A stretch of DNA of 64,000 nt from Vermamoeba vermiformis (taxonomy: Eukaryota): contig JBEWZL010000244.1 in assembly GCA_045837725.1 (NCBI GenBank), positions 62,001 through 126,000 on the forward strand, given 5' to 3'. Both the position numbers and the translations under genes were made by a program. This document shows positions 12,315 through 23,920 of this stretch, one piece after another. The notes beneath the pieces are model-generated. The model worked only from the letters and a program-made list of their open reading frames with translations, made no database searches and was not told where the DNA came from. Position 1 is the stretch's first letter; each line of letters opens with the position of its first letter.

Positions 12315-13601
12315 TTAGACCAGCGTCAACCTCTCTAATGCCGCTCTCCAGGCGTTGATTCTTGCTCGATACAGTTGTACTCTTTCGTACCAACCTCGTC
12401 CGTTGTTAATATTAATATCAATCAAAAGGCGATACCTACCAGGAACATGGTGATATTCGGTGGCCAGTTCAGCTTCGCCCTTGGCGATCTGCTCCTTTAG
12501 ATAGGCCACGTACACCTGCGAGAAGTTTTTGTATTGCAGCGACAGTTCTCCCAACAGCCTTTCATTCACGTCCCACAATATATCTAACGGAACTTCTTCC
12601 AATATCAAATGAAGCACTCGTTGGTTTGAAGCTTGTTGCGCCAGCGGTACATCCGTGTTGTCTTGCAATAGAAGCATTATAATAACAGCCTCCTAATAAA
12701 AATGTTAATTAATTAGCTATTTAAATAAGGAACATACCAAGCAGGTCTTATCAGCGCGAATAAACGCCTTCAACCTTCCCAGCAACTTGTCTTGTTCTTT
12801 TTCGATATTCTTCGTAACGCTACTATCTTCTCGATCAAATAAAGACACGCAATCTTGCTTAATAAGACGTGCTACGTATTCCAAGTCATTATCTTGCATT
12901 AGATCCGGATAATCTTGCAATGCATCGTGTAATGTATTATTCATTTGCTTCAATATCGTCAAACATGCATCAGGTCGAATAATATTAGCAGTATCCTATA
13001 TAATAATAAGTTAAATATACTAATAAGGACTAAAAACGAACCTGAAGCAAAGAATCAAACGCGTCATTTTGACCGTCGACATCTGGCAACGCTTGGTAAT
13101 CTTGAATAACCCTAATTAATGTATAAATACGATGCATATGCATTTTATATATGAATTGAAATACCGTTGTAATAAAGGAAGAGGTAGATGAGGGTTCTGA
13201 AGCAAAGTACGCAAAGTTGCTTGATCTGCGTATTCAAGTGTAGAAAGAGCTAAATCGAGCTACAAAAATGTTAATAATAATATTAATGATTAATATGGAC
13301 CCTTACTTTCATTTCACTTGGGTTTGATTGCTTGATTTTGACCAATAATTTTTCGAGCATAAATTTATCTTTGGCAGGCAATGCTTTAACGATCTGTAAA
13401 TATTATAATAATTAATAATAATATTTTTTAATGGCAATAATATACCTTCGGAAAGTAAGCAGCTTTTTGGAGAGCAGATTCATACGTGGCAATATCCCAG
13501 TCCTTCACTTTAGCACCATTGCACGACAATAATGTCTCCAAAAAAACCTTTATATTATTAGCAAATTGATCCCATGGCACGACGGTGTTTGACCAGCTCA
13601 T
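12315..13601 (-). CDS. FANCF: Fanconi anemia group F-like protein (multi-exon)
   Basis: N-terminal FLETLLSC...VKDWDIATYESALQKAAYF resembles the FANCF N-terminal helix as I recall it (WD..T...ALQWA.Y); C-terminal LLGELSLQYKNFSQVYVAYL fits the FANCF C-domain pattern. Confidence 0.65.
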
Positions 13602-13752
13602 TCCTGAGAAAATAAATATTTGAATAATATTGATTTATTGCGACAAAAGCTTTCAAAAGCCAAGCAAAGGAAAATATTTTTAATTTGACTGGTTAAAAAC
13701 GAGCTGACTTACTCTTTTTACTACGTAAGTTACACGGCGCGTCAGTGATTTC

Positions 13753-13803
13753 AAGAAATAAAACCAGATCGCGGGAACTAAAAAATGGCGGGCAAAAAAG
13801 GGG
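13753..13803. repeat. 51-bp perfect inverted repeat, left arm (upstream of exonuclease-ATPase paralog A)
   Basis: AAGAAATAAAACCAGATCGCGGGAACTAAAAAATGGCGGGCAAAAAAGGGG is the exact reverse complement of 22110-22160. Confidence 0.93.
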
Positions 13804-14262
13804 AATCGCAATTTAAACGGGCAATCTTTACGGAATGTATTCGTAACGAAATCTATTTGTATTTTATATATTTTGTACTCAATTTATCAACTGGCAAGCC
13901 GGCTAAAAATTTAGCTTGCTCGTTGACTGCGTTTTTTTGTAATACGAACGAATGCGAGGCTTGATAACAATCAAGTTTACGTAAGTAATACAAAACATTT
14001 AACGGAGGTGATTGACGTGCATTTAATAGGGTGAATCCAACAACTGAGCGAAAAAAGAATCAGACAAAAGGACAACAATTGCAACAACCTTTGTTATTGA
14101 CTGAGGTCCATGCTAAAACTAATTCGTGCATCGATAAAAAAGATAAAAGCGCTCAATCACCGCAGTTTCCGTATAAATCACAAGTTAAAATCGACACCTC
14201 ATTTCCTTTTATACTCGCGAATTTAATCTTTCAAGACAAATCAAGCACCACAAGTACATAAT

Positions 14263-17184
14263 ATGGCCAACTCTCAAACAGAAAGGTATGCATGCAACAG
14301 ATCAAAAGATTCACCGATTTTTTAGATGTACTCAATAGGTTATTCGCACTTACGTACTTCAAGTTATAAATTAAAATAATTAATATCTCTGCTTTACAGA
14401 GAAACACTAGTCAACTTTGTCGAACGTCTGGTTCGACATCCATTAAATGCTTCCATACACGAATTAACCGGCAAAATTCCTGGCGGAAATGTGATGGCGT
14501 TTGTCAACAAGTACCCTTTATTCTTCGAACTGCAAGCTGATGTCAAAACACCCCAAGTCCGACTCAAACAACACACGAGCAAGACTGGCCATAAATGGCG
14601 AATGTGCGCAGACTATTATTTCACGAATAAATGCGCGAGAGATCAAGCGTGTCAGTTCTGGCACGGGCCTACTGATCAACGAGACTGCCCTGTCAGGCTC
14701 CAACTCGACACATCCGGCGCAACAGTCACTGCCATTACAACGCCCGCCAACAGCCATTCGCAGAGTAAACCTGTCTTGCCGCCAACCAACAATGTTCAGA
14801 CAAACAAACAGACCCCTGCGCCACCGCCAGCCAAAAAAGCAGCACCTCAGCCACCAAAAGCCAAAACGACCAAACCTGCAGCGCCAAAAGCACCAAAAAA
14901 AGCGGCCAAAAAGGCAGCCCAGAAAAATCCTCAAAGCGGCCAACCACAGCCTGCTGCTTTGAAATCAGACGCTAAAGTGGCCAATACGACTCCGAAGCCA
15001 GTCCCGATTTCGATCTCTGTTCAAAACACCACTCCGCTGCCCGCTACTTTGCCTTCAAACACGCAGCCAAAACGCAGATTTGAAGGCAAGAACTGTTACC
15101 TGGTGCCCAAAGAGAAGACCTGCACCGAGGCCCTCAACGAGTTGATATCCTCAGAAGTGATCGCTGTTGACTGTGAAGGCGTCAATCTAGGTCCCAATGG
15201 CAAGCTGTGTCTGATTCAAATAGCTACGGGCTCAAACGTCTACGTGTTTGACATGTGCGTTGACACGGCTCAACGAGAATCCATTGTCGGTTCACTGAAA
15301 CCGGTTTTCCAGAACGACACCATTAAGAAGATCTTGCATGATGCTAGAAATGATACCGAGGCGTTGTATTCAGTTGGCATTATCAACGAGTACTTCGAGG
15401 ACACGCAGATCTTGTACGGACTTTTGACGAGCTTGCGAGGAAAGCCTGAAAAGAAGATTGGTCTCAAAGAATTAATGCAAAAATATGGATATGACCACGA
15501 GCTTAAGACTACTATGAAGGCTAATTACAAGTCAGATCCGGCTTTGTGGGCTCACCGACCTCTTACTGAAGATATGATCGAGTACGCTGCTTGCGATGTG
15601 GCAAATCTCGCATTGGTTTACAAGAAGTTGAAAGAAGATTTCGAAAAGGAAATAATATTGGTTAGCAGAAACTATGCCATGCCTAAAGAATTGAAATTGA
15701 TAGAGAAAACTTACGCGGATGCGATCAAAATTCAATTGGACGTTAAACTACGACTGTTTTTCACTAAAGAGAAGAAACCTGATCGTAGAGACCTTAGCGA
15801 TGTTTATATGGAAGGTACGACTGGTTTACTTCGCGAGAAATTTTATTAATAATATTTCTCAGAAGTTGCGCCGGTTACAAACAACACGAATGAACGAAGC
15901 GACAATGAATCCGAGGAAAAAAGATTGCTTGCATTATTTCCCGGAAGAAATACGATGGGCTATTGAATCAGAGTCTCGCAGCACTACGGAGACATTGATC
16001 GAAATTGTCATTGATCTGGGTCGGGTTCCGAGAATTAGATTTACATCCAGCGAAGTTCCATTGAATGTCTGTGGTATTATTAAGGACATGGAACCCTTTG
16101 TCGCCAATATTCTGTCTAATTCACAACGCACTGACTTCTCTCGAGAGAATCGCATTGGTATCGAAGTAAGGTCTCACACAGATAAAGTTCTCCGACATTA
16201 ACGAAATTTCTTTAGGGATCTTTGCACCGGATCTCGGCGATTAAGAACGCAGATAATCGCGTGATTGGTCTCACGTACCGCATTGGCAGACATTTGCCTC
16301 GCTCAGCGGAAATCATCACCGATTTGATTGCACGTGTTGCACCCTCGCTTGAAAGCACCGTAGATCACGCACCTCAAAACACATCCATTCTACTATTAGG
16401 ACCTCCCGGTATGACCAATATACTACGAGTATAATTGCAGATCTGCTTAACTGAAGCGTTGTAGGTGTCGGCAAAACTACCCTCTTGAGAGAAATTTCAC
16501 GACTATTGGCTGATGAATACGAACAACGTGTGATGATTGTTGACACGTCGAATGAGATTGGCGGTGATGGCGATATTGCTCACAACTGTATTGGACGTGC
16601 TAGACGTATGCCTGTAAGTGTCGAATATTTAATCGGCAATCGTGTAATGATGTCCTCTTTAGGTGGTTGACAAGGCCTCTCAGCACAACACAATGGTCGA
16701 AGCAGTGCAGAATCACAATCCCACTGTCATTATCATCGATGAGATTGGTACACCGAAAGAAGTCATTGCAGCCAAAACAATCTCGCAACGTGGTGTCTCG
16801 TTGATCGGCACTGCTCACGGCACTTCATTTGACTCATTAATGAAGAATCCAGAGCTCGTGCCTCTACTTGGAGGCATCAGAGAAGTGTTCTTGAGTGATC
16901 GAGAAGCAACGATCAATGATGATGGAACCAAATCCAAAGTCAAACATGAACGAGGTGGCGCTCCTACATTCAACATTATCATCGAAATTATCACGAAGAA
17001 CAAGTTCCGCATTTACGACGATGTAGCGCTGATCGTTGATTCAAAACTCAATCGCAAGCCTTATGTGACAGAGCTGCGATGGTTCGAAGAAGACCGAATG
17101 TACTCCATGCTGGAGCAACATAACTCCTTGGACGCGAAAAAAGGAAAAGTTGAATTTGCTTATGTGAATAACAACAATAATTAA
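14263..17184 (+). CDS. CCCH zinc finger + EXD1/Egalitarian-like DEDDy 3'-5' exonuclease + Ycf45/SpoIIIAA-like ATPase, paralog A (+1 frame offset near 15940)
   Basis: C-x8-C-x5-C-x3-H finger; ExoI IAVDCEG, ExoII LHDARND, Exo[26 protein letters not shown]...GLTYRIGR, Walker [21 protein letters not shown], Walker B IIIDEIG, GTAHG; five GT-AG introns. Confidence 0.9.
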
Positions 17185-17279
17185 TAGGCCTCGACAATAA
17201 ACGGATTTAAAGTGTTGCTCGGTTTTTTTTGGTTTACACTTAGATTTATATACATAAGTTACACAATAGATAAGACTAA

Positions 17280-19001
17280 TTACAAAGTACCGTAATTCTC
17301 ACCTTCAGATGAATTAGCGTTCAATAATCGTTCTTGAGCCTCTTCGCGCTTCACTCGGATCTGCCACAAGACCATCGCGGCCACAACAGCTGCAAAGACT
17401 ACAGCCACGCCAATAGCTACTACGACTTCTATAATTAACAATGTACTTGGTGGCTTATTTGCATCGTCAGGTTCGCAAATGACGTCTCTGTTGCAAAAAT
17501 GATCCAATTTGAATTCAATTATCACATCCGCTGTTTGAGTGCCGAGCCATAGTTCAGGCACACTTTCATTCTTCATATTATTGATGTAATAAGTCGCGCA
17601 TGTAAAATCAAATTGACTCCATTGTTGGCTTTTCGGAACAATCAATGACGTGCCTTCGTAGTAAAATTTGTTGTGCTCGATCTGGATCGCAAGTTAATGA
17701 AAAAATTAACTTAATTATAATATAATAATAATTTACCTTGGCTAGTGCAGCATTCTTTGTGAATAAATACATAAACTTGCTGTCAAAAGAATAACCAGTT
17801 GTGTTTCGGATCTCAAAATTGATGAAATCTAACGCCTTGTTCATCGGCCACCTAACCATTAATTAGTATTATATTATATTAATATAGTATACGTACTTAT
17901 AAAAGTGAGATAATTCTCGATTATCATTGCTCTCAAACAACAAAAATCCGGACGACTCGATGTCGGTCATTATAGCCACGGGTTTAAAGTTTGTATTCAA
18001 TGAAATTACATTCTTAAGACTATAATAATATATATTAGGGACCTATAATAATATAATATGAATATGAATGACTTACTATGCTTTCTTATTCGGCTCGTAT
18101 CGCATAAAGTACCACTCTTGCAAGTTGGTGTCATTATTGAATTTCGGCTGACAAATAAAGAAGACATATGCGCCATTAATAGTAGTTGTTATTAATGGAG
18201 GACTGTCTAATGAGACACTAGGACAAAAATCTGCTGCTAGTGGATGCGTTGACGACGGATTCATCGTTGTTAGATCCACAACATCGAGCAAGAGTTGCGA
18301 TGAAGTATTATTGTTTGACCCTTTGCTAGTGTATAATAAATATGCTTCGTGCTTTTCCGCTGAAATGCCTCCACCAAAGTAGATCCGATCTGTTTGCAAA
18401 TAACTTGCCGTTGTTCTGTCATTGAGATCGAATGCAATCAATCCATTAGGCGATCCTTTATATGAATCGGTCATAATATAATATTTGGTGCCTAGAATCT
18501 TCGCTTGAAAGAACTACGTTGTAAGAAAATAGGAAAATTAATGAAAATTCGTAAATTAATGCTAATGCGTTGTGTTTATACCTTATAAGCTAATGGAGAT
18601 CCATATTTTGTCATATCAAAATATTGGCTGTATTCTTGAGTGAAATTGGGTGTGTGCAGTGAAGTTATCGCAAAAGCGGATTCAGAGATCTGTACAGTTG
18701 ATTTAGAAAAATCATGCAAAGGTCTTAAAATATTATCAATAATGATAACAACCGATATACATACTTGGTAAACCATAACTAATTTTTCAACGCCAGATTG
18801 ACCTTGCTGCCAAAAATTCAATGATATGTAGCTGATGTTATTTTGATTTGCACCTAATATATTGTAGGCACCGCTGAAATAGTCCTGGGTAAGCAAAAAT
18901 GGCTCGTTTGATATTGAATCCAGCTCAACCGCCGAAACAAAAGATCCGATCAGCCATAAACTCAGCAATAACCGCTGAATTTTGTAGCCGTAAAGCACCA
19001 T
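17280..19001 (-). CDS. Type I membrane glycoprotein with endolysosomal sorting motifs, family unknown
   Basis: N-terminal signal peptide, TM helix VVVAIGVAVVFAAVVAAMVLW, cytosolic tail with acidic dileucine-like EAQERLL and terminal YGTL. Confidence 0.72.
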
Positions 19002-19172
19002 TGTGCTATTTTATCTAACTTAGTACTAAATTTAATTGGGAACGAGCACTGTTCACAAAAAACCACCTGGGCAGGGCGAGATCTATTGCTTTTTCAAGAC
19101 TAATTTATTGCAAGCTAAACTAACTATTACGTGCTCTTATTGCAAAAACCATTATATTCTCTACACTCCGCC

Positions 19173-21752
19173 TTATGCCCAAGAGTTTTGTTCTTCCCAC
19201 TTGCAGTACATCTGATCTCCAAGGAACCAACGGTGTTCGATGGTGTAAGGCTTTCGATTGAGCTTAGCATCTACGACACGAGCAACATCATTGTATATAA
19301 TAAAATGATTCTTCTCGACGATCTCGACTATGACGTTGAATGTAGGAGCGCCACCTCGTTCATGTTTGACTTTGGATTTGGTTCCATCATCATTGATCGT
19401 TGCTTCTCGATCACTCAAGAACACTTCTCTGATGCCTCCAAGTAGAGGCACGAGCTCTGGATTCTTCATTAAGGAATTGAAGTCTGAGCCGTGAGCAGTG
19501 CCAATCAGCGAAACACCACGTTGTGAGATTGTTTTAGCCGCGGCTGCTTCTTTCGGTGTACCAATCTCGTCGATGATAATGACAGTGGGATTGTGATTCT
19601 GCACTGCTTCGACCATTGTGTTGTGTTGAAACGACTTGTCAATAACCTACAAGGCACGACATTAGTCTCGTGCAAAAGCAGTCGTTTGATCACTTCCGTT
19701 TGACACTTACAGGCATACGTCTAGCACGACCAATACACTTATGAGCGATGTCACCATCACCGCCAATCTCATTCGACGTATCGATGATCATGACACGTTG
19801 CTTGTACTCATCAGCGAGAAGTCGTGAAAACTCTCTAAGTAGAGTTGTCTTTCCCTTGCCTATGTTGTACTTAGTGTTTGTACGATAGGTCATTAACAAG
19901 ACATATTGCGTACCAGGTTTTCCTAAGAGCAAGATGGAGATATTTTCCCGCGCAACACGTGCAATCAGATCAGTGAAAATTTCAGCTGAGTGAGGAAAGT
20001 GTCGACCAATGCGATATGTAAGACCAATGACACGATTTTCTGTGTTCTTAATGGCCGATATACGATGCAAAGATCCCTTAATCAGATGTTAGATGTGCTA
20101 TATACGGCAACACCTGTCCTTACTTCTATGCCAATGCGATTGTCGCGAGAAAAGTCGTTGCGTTGAGATTTCGCCAAGACGTTTCGCACAAATGGCTCCA
20201 CGTCCATTACAACTTCGCCATCCAACTCCTCGTGCGTGCCGTCAATGAACACGAGAAGTGGAGCACGTCCCATGTCGATGACTATCTCGATCAGCGTTCG
20301 ACCAGCGCTGCTTGCAACGACTTCGATTGCGTTCTTGATATCATTCGGAAACAGGCCTAACAGCGTCCTTTCTTCAGCTTCATTGTCAATTCGTACTTTT
20401 TCGTTGCTCCCTTGTGTTGGTGTTGGACACAATTTCTGCAGTAAGAAAATTAGCGTTGTTTAATTAACATGAACTAATCGTACCTTCGGCAACGTCTGTG
20501 GGGAGCTTGCGATCAGGTTTCTTTTCGTGGGTGAAGAACAATCTTAACTCAGATCCGACTGGAAGTCCAACAGCAGCGTATGTATTCTCGACGATCTTTG
20601 GGGCTTCGAGGACCGGATTAGCTTTCACATGCTCGATGTCTTCTTTCAACTTCTTGTAGACGGTGACCAAGTTGGCAACATCAAGGCACGCGTACTGGAT
20701 CATCTCGTGAGTCATAGGTCGTTGAGCCCACACATCCGGTTTGTAGTTATATACTCTCTTCATCTTCTTTTTGAGCTCGTGAACGAAGCCGTACTGCTTC
20801 ATTAAAGACTCTAAGCCGAGTTTTTTCTCGGCTGATCCGCGTAACTTGATCAAGTCTGCGTACAAGATCTGCGTGTCTTCGAAGTTTTCGTTGATAATAC
20901 CAACAGCACTTAACGCCTCATTGTCGTTCTTTGCGCTGTGCAAAATCTTCTTAAGGGCGTTGCTCTTGAAGACAGGCTTCAGGGCACTAATGATAGTGCC
21001 TCGTTCTTTCTCGTCAACGCACAAGTCAATCACGTAGACGTTTGAGTTTGTCGCTATTTGAATCAGACACAGCTTGCCATTGGTGCCAAGACCGACACCT
21101 TCGCAGTCAACAGCGATCACTTCTTGGCTGGTAATCTCGGCGAGGATCTCGACACATTGCTTCTCCTGTGGCACTAGATAACAGTTCTTGCCTTCACACA
21201 CTCGCACCACAGGAACTAGATTGTTTTGGCTCGTAGTTGGCTGACCGCTTAGTGACGGTGTCGTAGCTGAAGTACTTGACGGTGCCGCGCCTTTTTTAAG
21301 AATGGGTCTGTCTCGTTTGTCACCACGACCGTGCCAGAAAAAGCATGCATCACCTCTTTTGCATGTACCGTTGAAGTGACGCGTTGTACACATTTGCCAC
21401 TGGTAGCCTGACTTGCTGGTGATCACCTTGATCCGAACTCGCTTGTCATTCTCGTACATCTCGAAAAACTGTGGATTCTTTCGGACGAAATCCGCCACGT
21501 TGCCTCCAGGCACTTGGTTGGCGAGTTGCTTGATCAAATTTTGCTTTGGATGTTGCGTCAGGAAGGCAGCTAGTCTGTTGACAGCTTTCCTATTTAAAAG
21601 TAATTCGTCAGCTAAATGCAATAATGTTTTAAACTATGTCTATGGCGTTTAAATAATAATGGATCTATCAACGTATGGGATCGTATCCAATTAAAAGAAA
21701 TAAAATGAATTGCGTTGCGATCGGGTTGTACATACTTTTGTCCGCTTGCCAT
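19173..21752 (-). CDS. CCCH + DEDDy exonuclease + Ycf45/SpoIIIAA-like ATPase, paralog B (+1 frame offset near 20400)
   Basis: Same architecture and five intron positions as paralog A; CTTRHFNGTCKRGDACFFWH; IAVDCEG, HSAKND, YACLD; GKPGKGKT; IIIDEIG. Confidence 0.9.
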
Positions 21753-22109
21753 GATTCGTGCTTGATTTTGTTGACTTATTGTTGCTTACTGGGTTGTTTT
21801 GATGAATAAAATGACCAAAACTTGGCCTGGTATAAAAGCCTAGCAAACACGCCGTGTGAGGTCCGCGGACAGGTCGGTTCACAAATTCAATTCAGTATTA
21901 TTTTAATACGAAATTCATCTGCTGTAAGTAAGTATTAAGTTCGTGTATAAACGCATATACGAATTTCAGACGTGAAGCTTTACTACGTTAGCACGTTGCA
22001 GATTTGGATTTCGTCGTGCCAACTCGCGATTGGTAATTCAGTAATTAATATGATGGTACATAAAGCTTAATAACTCGACGTACTAATCAGATTTCGTTTA
22101 AATGCCATC

Positions 22110-22160
22110 CCCCTTTTTTGCCCGCCATTTTTTAGTTCCCGCGATCTGGTTTTATTTCTT
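22110..22160. repeat. 51-bp perfect inverted repeat, right arm (upstream of paralog B)
   Basis: Reverse complement of 13753-13803; weaker similarity continues about 15 bp inward. Confidence 0.93.
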
Positions 22161-22522
22161 TTTTGATTTGGCGTGGGTGTTGGTGGTTGGTGTTTACCCG
22201 AGAAATTAAAGAAATTTATCAATCTTCTTTGACCCAATAAAGGGTGAAAGATAAAAAAGTCGTCATTCGCTCAAAATTGTTGTTTTGTGTTCGATCAGCT
22301 CCACGCTAATTTTGGGAGCCTTAGCTGCACTTCCCGCCAAATTACGTGAGAGCCTTTACGAACCAAATGCTCATAGTTAAGTTAATATGGTACGAAGCTA
22401 GGGCTCGATAGTCTAGAAATAAAAGATCCTTTATTTATGAGGCATTATAAATTAAAAAAATTCTAAGCGACCATTAAATTATTATTATTATGTACATTTG
22501 ATACCAAAGTGAGTTCGATGAA

Positions 22523-23779
22523 TTAACAGTTCTTGAAAGTGATACCGCAAACAGAGAAGATGATAATCAAAATGATGATCTAAATTAAATATTATGGATT
22601 AGAAATGTTATCCTCGTCAACAATTGCCACCAACGCAAACGAGCAATATGATAATGACAATAATGATCTACCAAAATATCAATAAAACCGCTTCAAAAAG
22701 AATTCAGATCGCGTTTTCAATTTCGAAAATCAAAATTAGCTCGTTCTAAATTACGACTTACAATAACAACGACGGCCAAGATGATCATCAATCTGACGTT
22801 CTTCCACCACATGGCGTTCTTCAACTTAGTAGCACCACGTCTGAATTGATCGGCTTCGTTTGCCATCTCGTCGGTTTTGTTCATGAGATCTTCGAGTCTC
22901 TCACCACGCTTCAAGACATGGTCTATATATTTGTTAATTTCATATCTATAAATATTGAATTGACGCTATTTGTACGTACCAATATTTTCCATCATAATGT
23001 CTTTAACGGAATCTATTTCCTTTTGAATGGCCTTGACCTTATCCATTCTGTTACCGCCGCCATAGACGTTCTGAAAATAATATATCAATTATTACTCGTA
23101 AATAAGAAAGTAGTCGAGTACAAAAGTGAAACCAAGGGCGATCAAACGAAAAAACGAAAAATAAGGAAATAAAATAATACGAATAATGGGACATGCTAAA
23201 CATGCACTATAAATATCATAGTCACTATTATTTGGTTAATATCTTATAAATTAAATGACTAATTAAATTGCCGGCAAAACTCGTGTTTTTAGCTTAGATT
23301 CCTTACCGCTTCACGTTGCAAAACACCCTCGAAGTCCAAGTCACCGCTGGGTCTATATTCGCCTTGAATTTTTTGCAAATAAGCGAAGGCGACACGGGTT
23401 TGGAAATCTGTGGAGGTCACACAAAGGAAGACTCTGCCCTTCTGACTAATGTAATTGAAGGCATATCTGTCATGTTATAAAATATTAATATATGCAAAAA
23501 TAAGCATCGTTATAATTTATGACGCGTTTCAAATAAATAGAAAAATAAATCCGTGGAGGATGGAAAATTACATCCTCGTCCCCACATTGCGTAATTGCAT
23601 CGAAATATAACTTACGATTGATGCACGTATGATTTCTTAATATCTTCGTTCGGAATACGCTCAAGAATGACTTTTGCGACTTTCTTGAATTGATCTTTAT
23701 CGCCGTGCTGGGCAACAATAGTCTTGCCTTCAGCAACGCAAGCGTACAAAATTCCGTTAGCTGGTTGTGGTGTAGCCAT
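22523..23779 (-). CDS. VAMP7: Longin R-SNARE (VAMP7 family) with two candidate terminal exons
   Basis: Longin domain (ILYACVA...FLCVT...TRVAFAYL), synaptobrevin motif RGERLEDL...F...A.KLK..MWWKN, C-terminal TM helix. Confidence 0.9.
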
Positions 23780-23920
23780 CCCTTATGTGTTGGTTTTAGT
23801 TCTTTGTTTGATAAAAATACTCGCGAGCAAAATTTGGGTTTTGATCCAAAACACGTTAATTTCACATAAAACCCGCACAGAAACAATCACATTTGCTTCA
23901 TAGTAGCAAATCTTTGATAC

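Noticed and set aside
20357-20396. 40-nt GT-AG intron that would restore frame in paralog B
   Set aside because: Purine-rich, lacks a good branch site, and would delete the DNEAEERTLL segment conserved with paralog A.
13753-22160. TIR DNA transposon reading of the 51-bp inverted repeat
   Set aside because: No transposase and no clean target-site duplication; the arms sit at equivalent upstream positions of two inverted paralogs.
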